Part shown: piece after piece, positions 60,601-64,000 of the stretch
How the letters are laid out: the number at the start of each line of letters is the position of its first letter
How positions within the stretch are numbered: the first letter of the stretch is position 1
Source: Dudresnaya verticillata
Lineage: Eukaryota
Length of the DNA: 64,000 nt
Direction: 5' to 3'
NCBI GenBank assembly: GCA_977862235.1
Contig: OZ374558.1
Span: 2,666,001-2,730,000 of the forward strand
Made by a program: the position numbers and the translations under genes
The notes under the pieces: model-generated
Databases searched by the model: none
Seen by the model: the letters and a program-made list of their open reading frames with translations, nothing else
What the model was told of the DNA's origin: nothing

Positions 60601-61509
60601 GATCTCGTCGACATGACGGAAGTGACTGTCGATGTCGCTGGAGAAGATTATTACGTCATCGAGGTATACGAGGCACGAACGCCACTTGTAACCAGCGAGC
60701 AGTATGTCTAACGTTCGTTGAAACGTAGCGGGTGCGTTCGTGAGACCGAATGGCATACGCTTATAGCGGAACAGTCCGGCGTGGTACGTGAACGCAGTCT
60801 TATCGCGGTCTCGCGGATTGATCGGCACTTGCCAGTACCCACTGTTACAGTCTAGGGTGGTGAAGACGTTTGCTTCCCCTAGACTGTCGATGCATTCGTC
60901 GATACGCGGCAGCGGGTACGTGTCCCGTATGGTTACTGCGTTTAAACGACGGTAGTCCACGCAAAAGCGGAGGGTCCCGTCCTTCTTGGGGGCGAAGACC
61001 ACTGGTGACGCCCACGGCGATTGTGCGGGTTCGATAACCCCTTGACGCAGCATGCGGTCCACTTCCGCTTGAGCGAGTTGTCTTTGCTTCGGCCCCGCTC
61101 GGTAGGGCGGGGACGATATCGGTCTAGAGCCGGGAAGAAAGTCGATGTAGTGCTCCGTGGTTGAGATTTCTCCCAACGAACCGTCCCACATAGACGAATA
61201 CTTGCGTAACATCTCCTTAAGCCGGCCTTGATGCTCGGCGGGGAGATGTCCCAGGTCCAAATCGTCTACTGACGGAGTTTTGGCAGTGGTTGCCTCAATA
61301 GACTTCGTGAAAGTATCCGGCTGTGCCGCAGTGTTATCATTCGTTTGAAAACGGAAATCTTGGTTTGCCTTCTCTTCCTCGGCTTGTTCCTCGGTGAGGC
61401 CCAAAACATCGGCTAGACTTACGTGACTGGGGAACACTGCTGTCGGATGTGGTAACGCCGTCGCGACGACTTGGCCCTTGGCCAGCGCCTGCGGGCGGGG
61501 GGAGAAGTT
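57632..61509 (-). pseudogene. Pol: RT, RNase H, integrase, GPY/F, chromodomain; stop/frameshift near 59305
   Basis: [85 protein letters not shown]. Confidence 0.96.
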
Positions 61510-62868
61510 ACGGTGAGTCCGTGAATTCCAGAAAAAGGGTAAAGACCCGAAACCCACCGTGGGTTCTATTCAGGATGCTCCTGCTACTCAGGGGCCTATT
61601 TAGTATACAGAGCCGAAAATGTCGATTTGCACCTATCTGTGTCGCAGAGTCGCACTGTAGGATACCTTACAGTGCTCCCGCCGTCGGCGACCACCGCGCC
61701 GTCCGCGCGCGACGAGCGCTACGCGCGCGCCCGACTGCAACTGGCTGGGCTACTTCAAGCCCCGCTGACCACTGCAGACCACCCCTCCGCTCCTCTGAGC
61801 ACGATCGAAGTAGAAGAGTAAGCAGCGTTGACGAGAACGTCCGTTGCGTCAGCCGCGGTGGTCTGCCGTAGCCCTCTTCCCTTACTTCGTGTAGCAGTAT
61901 GGCACCGGCCAGAAACAGCAAAGAACAAGAAAACACAGCTGTCCGATATCACACGCTAATTGGTGGTAGCTCGAAGGAGGGTTGCTAGAGGCTTGGAAAA
62001 AGGCGGGCCCTAATGACCCGAAAGGGGGGGTGCGGAAGCTTGGTAAAGACTCGGCGCGACTGACTGAGGGAAAGTATAGAGGTTGCGACCCGGTATTTCG
62101 TAGAGTACTTGTCGTACGATGTCCGGGCCTGTACTGGGCGACCCCTGCAGGCGCGGAGCGTCCGAGCGACCAAAACGTGGAAACTTCCCGAACAACTCCG
62201 CTGAGTGTTTATTCTGAGGGCGCCGGCTATTCCGGCGCCCATAAGTAGGGCTTGACAGCCTAAAAGTCTATCAGCCCGAAAGGGGGTCTAAGTTAGTCTA
62301 TGATTATAGTTACGTAGGTTAGTACAGTCAGTACGAGTCAAAAGTGGGAATGCATTCCAGTTAGGGGACTTGGTGGCGGATACGCCGGTGCGCAAGCTGA
62401 GGTCCCGGCTGCATTGTCGATACCCTGAGCGCAGAGGTGCTCCTGGTTCGTGAGTAGGAGCGCAGCGGCGCGTCATAAATCAGCCAACACGAGGTGTCCA
62501 ACTGGCGTCATTACAAGGCCACGTGTATGCCACGTGTATAGCTGTAAGTCCACGTGTACAGCTGTAATGCCACGTGTACACACGTGTACACACGTGTATT
62601 CCACGTGTCCTCCACGTGTACAGCGATGAAAGGACAGCTGTCCTGATTAAGGGACAGTCTGTCCCGCGAAAAGAAGTGCGCTCCTGTAAGCCCTTCTGCT
62701 GACAGCGTCCATACTGCCACACTTCGATAAACCTCGCCCACCTCTCTGACCCGTTCGCTCCGCTCACGCCCCTCTTCGCTCCGCTCGTGCCCCGCTTCGC
62801 CCCGCTCGCGCCCCTTTCCCCGCGTTCCGCGACCCTGCGCGCCGTGCCCGCAGAGCGGTGATTGCACA
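61510..62868 (-). repeat. Truncated LTR-like sequence (third family) containing a family B solo LTR
   Basis: Homology to 37065-37150; minus strand reads gagagagg|TGTGCAA at 62876-62862, like PPT + LTR start. Confidence 0.4.
61890..62721. mobile_element. Solo LTR, family B (832 bp)
   Basis: TGTAGCAGTATGG...CCATACTGCCACA, TSD CTTCG (61885-61889, 62722-62726). Confidence 0.95.
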
Positions 62869-62994
62869 CCTCTCTCACGCCGCGCGCGCGTGTCGACCGG
62901 CTACGGACGACAATCCGGATTCCTACCCGGTTCCACGCGCCGACTTCGTCGCTCAAGACTTTGTTACGATCGTAACCCACACCGTCTGAAAAAA

Positions 62995-64000
62995 ATGACT
63001 GCGAGCACACGCAGTCATACCAAGGCTTCGACTGCAGACAAGAAGACCTCAAAGAAGGAGTTCAAGACGAAGGCTGCCAACCTAATCCGCTGCCTCAGGG
63101 ATTCTAACCTTACTGATGAGCTTTCGCAGAAGCTGATCAACGTTGCTATTTCTGTTCTCTCTTCCTACCCGCTTTCAGATAACCCAGCGAGCAGTACAGG
63201 AGATTACGAAGACGTGGAAGCCAAACCTCCTACCGAGAAGGCCGCAAGATTTGCGATGGAGTTTCTACCGCTGCCCAAGAAGATCTTCACAGAAGACTTC
63301 TTCGAGGTGCCTACTTTCCCAGTCAACAGTCTGTTTGAGGTGGCCCGACTCTACGAGTTTGATGATGTCCCCCAACAATATTGGGACAAAGTCAGCCTCT
63401 CAGACACTGAGCAGAAGAACAAAGGACTTGTCAGTCTCGTTTGGTTATGTTTCTTCACTGGATGCACGGCTTAGTTCTCCATCGATGCTGTACGCCAGTT
63501 CAAGGCTTGTAGTGGATCTCCGAACCCACTCATGCACCTTCCTTTCCAGAATAATACTGTGAAAAGCTCAGTTGCTGAGGAGAGAGAAGATACCATCTCC
63601 CGTCAAGACCAAGAAGCTCCGATTCTACAAGATATCAGAGTGGACAAGAACCAAGTTACAATTCACGGAGTTACCACCAACGCCGCTGATCATCCCCGCC
63701 ATCGCCCGGGAAACAACCAATTTGTTCGTGTCAACAACATGCAGCAGACGTACCCCTCCGCTGCAAACTCGTATGCCCAAACGCGGGATGAGGATGACGC
63801 GCACAAGATAACTCGCGTCTCCGATGGGAGTTACTATCCGCGCGCCCCACCCGCCCAGAACAACGAGGATCACGGTTATCCGAACATGGTACAGCATCCG
63901 TATGGATCCAACGAAGGTCCAAAGAAGTACGGCCCGTCACCTCCCGAGCCCGGTAGTGGCGATCAGCCTCATGGTCCGCCGTTTCAAGGTTTTCGAAGAG
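62995..64000 (+). pseudogene. Retroelement-associated ORF, one in-frame TAG at 63472, runs off the window
   Basis: Frame stays open after the TAG to the window end; weak similarity to the antisense ORF family, but could be a gag. Confidence 0.45.

Larger units (their letters stand above)
52554..61509 (-). mobile_element. Ty3/Gypsy family A copy 2 (3' LTR, antisense ORF, pol; 5' half absent from the window)
   Basis: Highly similar to 15890-26771 in reverse; similarity stops at 61509 (NFSPRPQ). Confidence 0.95.

Noticed and set aside
61509..61530. TA|CGGTG as a Tc1-like terminus
   Set aside because: The following sequence is homologous to the LTR-like segment at 37065-37150 and no matching TIR is visible
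51480..62721. Two family B LTRs as the ends of one full-length element
   Set aside because: Each has its own TSD pair (CTCCC, CTTCG)

Overview
Eukaryotic, intron-poor, transposon-dense window. It is most likely from a florideophyte red alga (inference from the intronless genes, gene families and element types; not proven). Only about four host genes are supported: an FTR1-type iron permease (11734-13206), a secreted Cys-rich protein (37870-38883) and two paralogous multi-pass membrane proteins (43.6-45.0 kb, 47.3-48.9 kb). The rest is nested transposons. (1) An ~8 kb decayed Helitron-like element with Helentron/Helitron2-type termini, whose 3' end abuts the SAM-binding half of a bacterial-type beta-class N4C/N6A DNA methyltransferase. 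(2) Three chromodomain-lineage Ty3/Gypsy elements; two show a probable tRNA-Tyr PBS and all three carry a conserved ~770-aa antisense ORF between integrase and the 3' end. (3) Three solo LTRs with target-site duplications. (4) A Tc1/mariner remnant, a foldback element in the FTR1 promoter, and a CCA-bearing tRNA-Arg fragment fused to an integrase relic. The best candidates for undescribed biology are the antisense accessory-protein family with motif-dense LTRs and the transposon-linked amino-methyltransferase module. All alignments were made by eye; no database searches were run.
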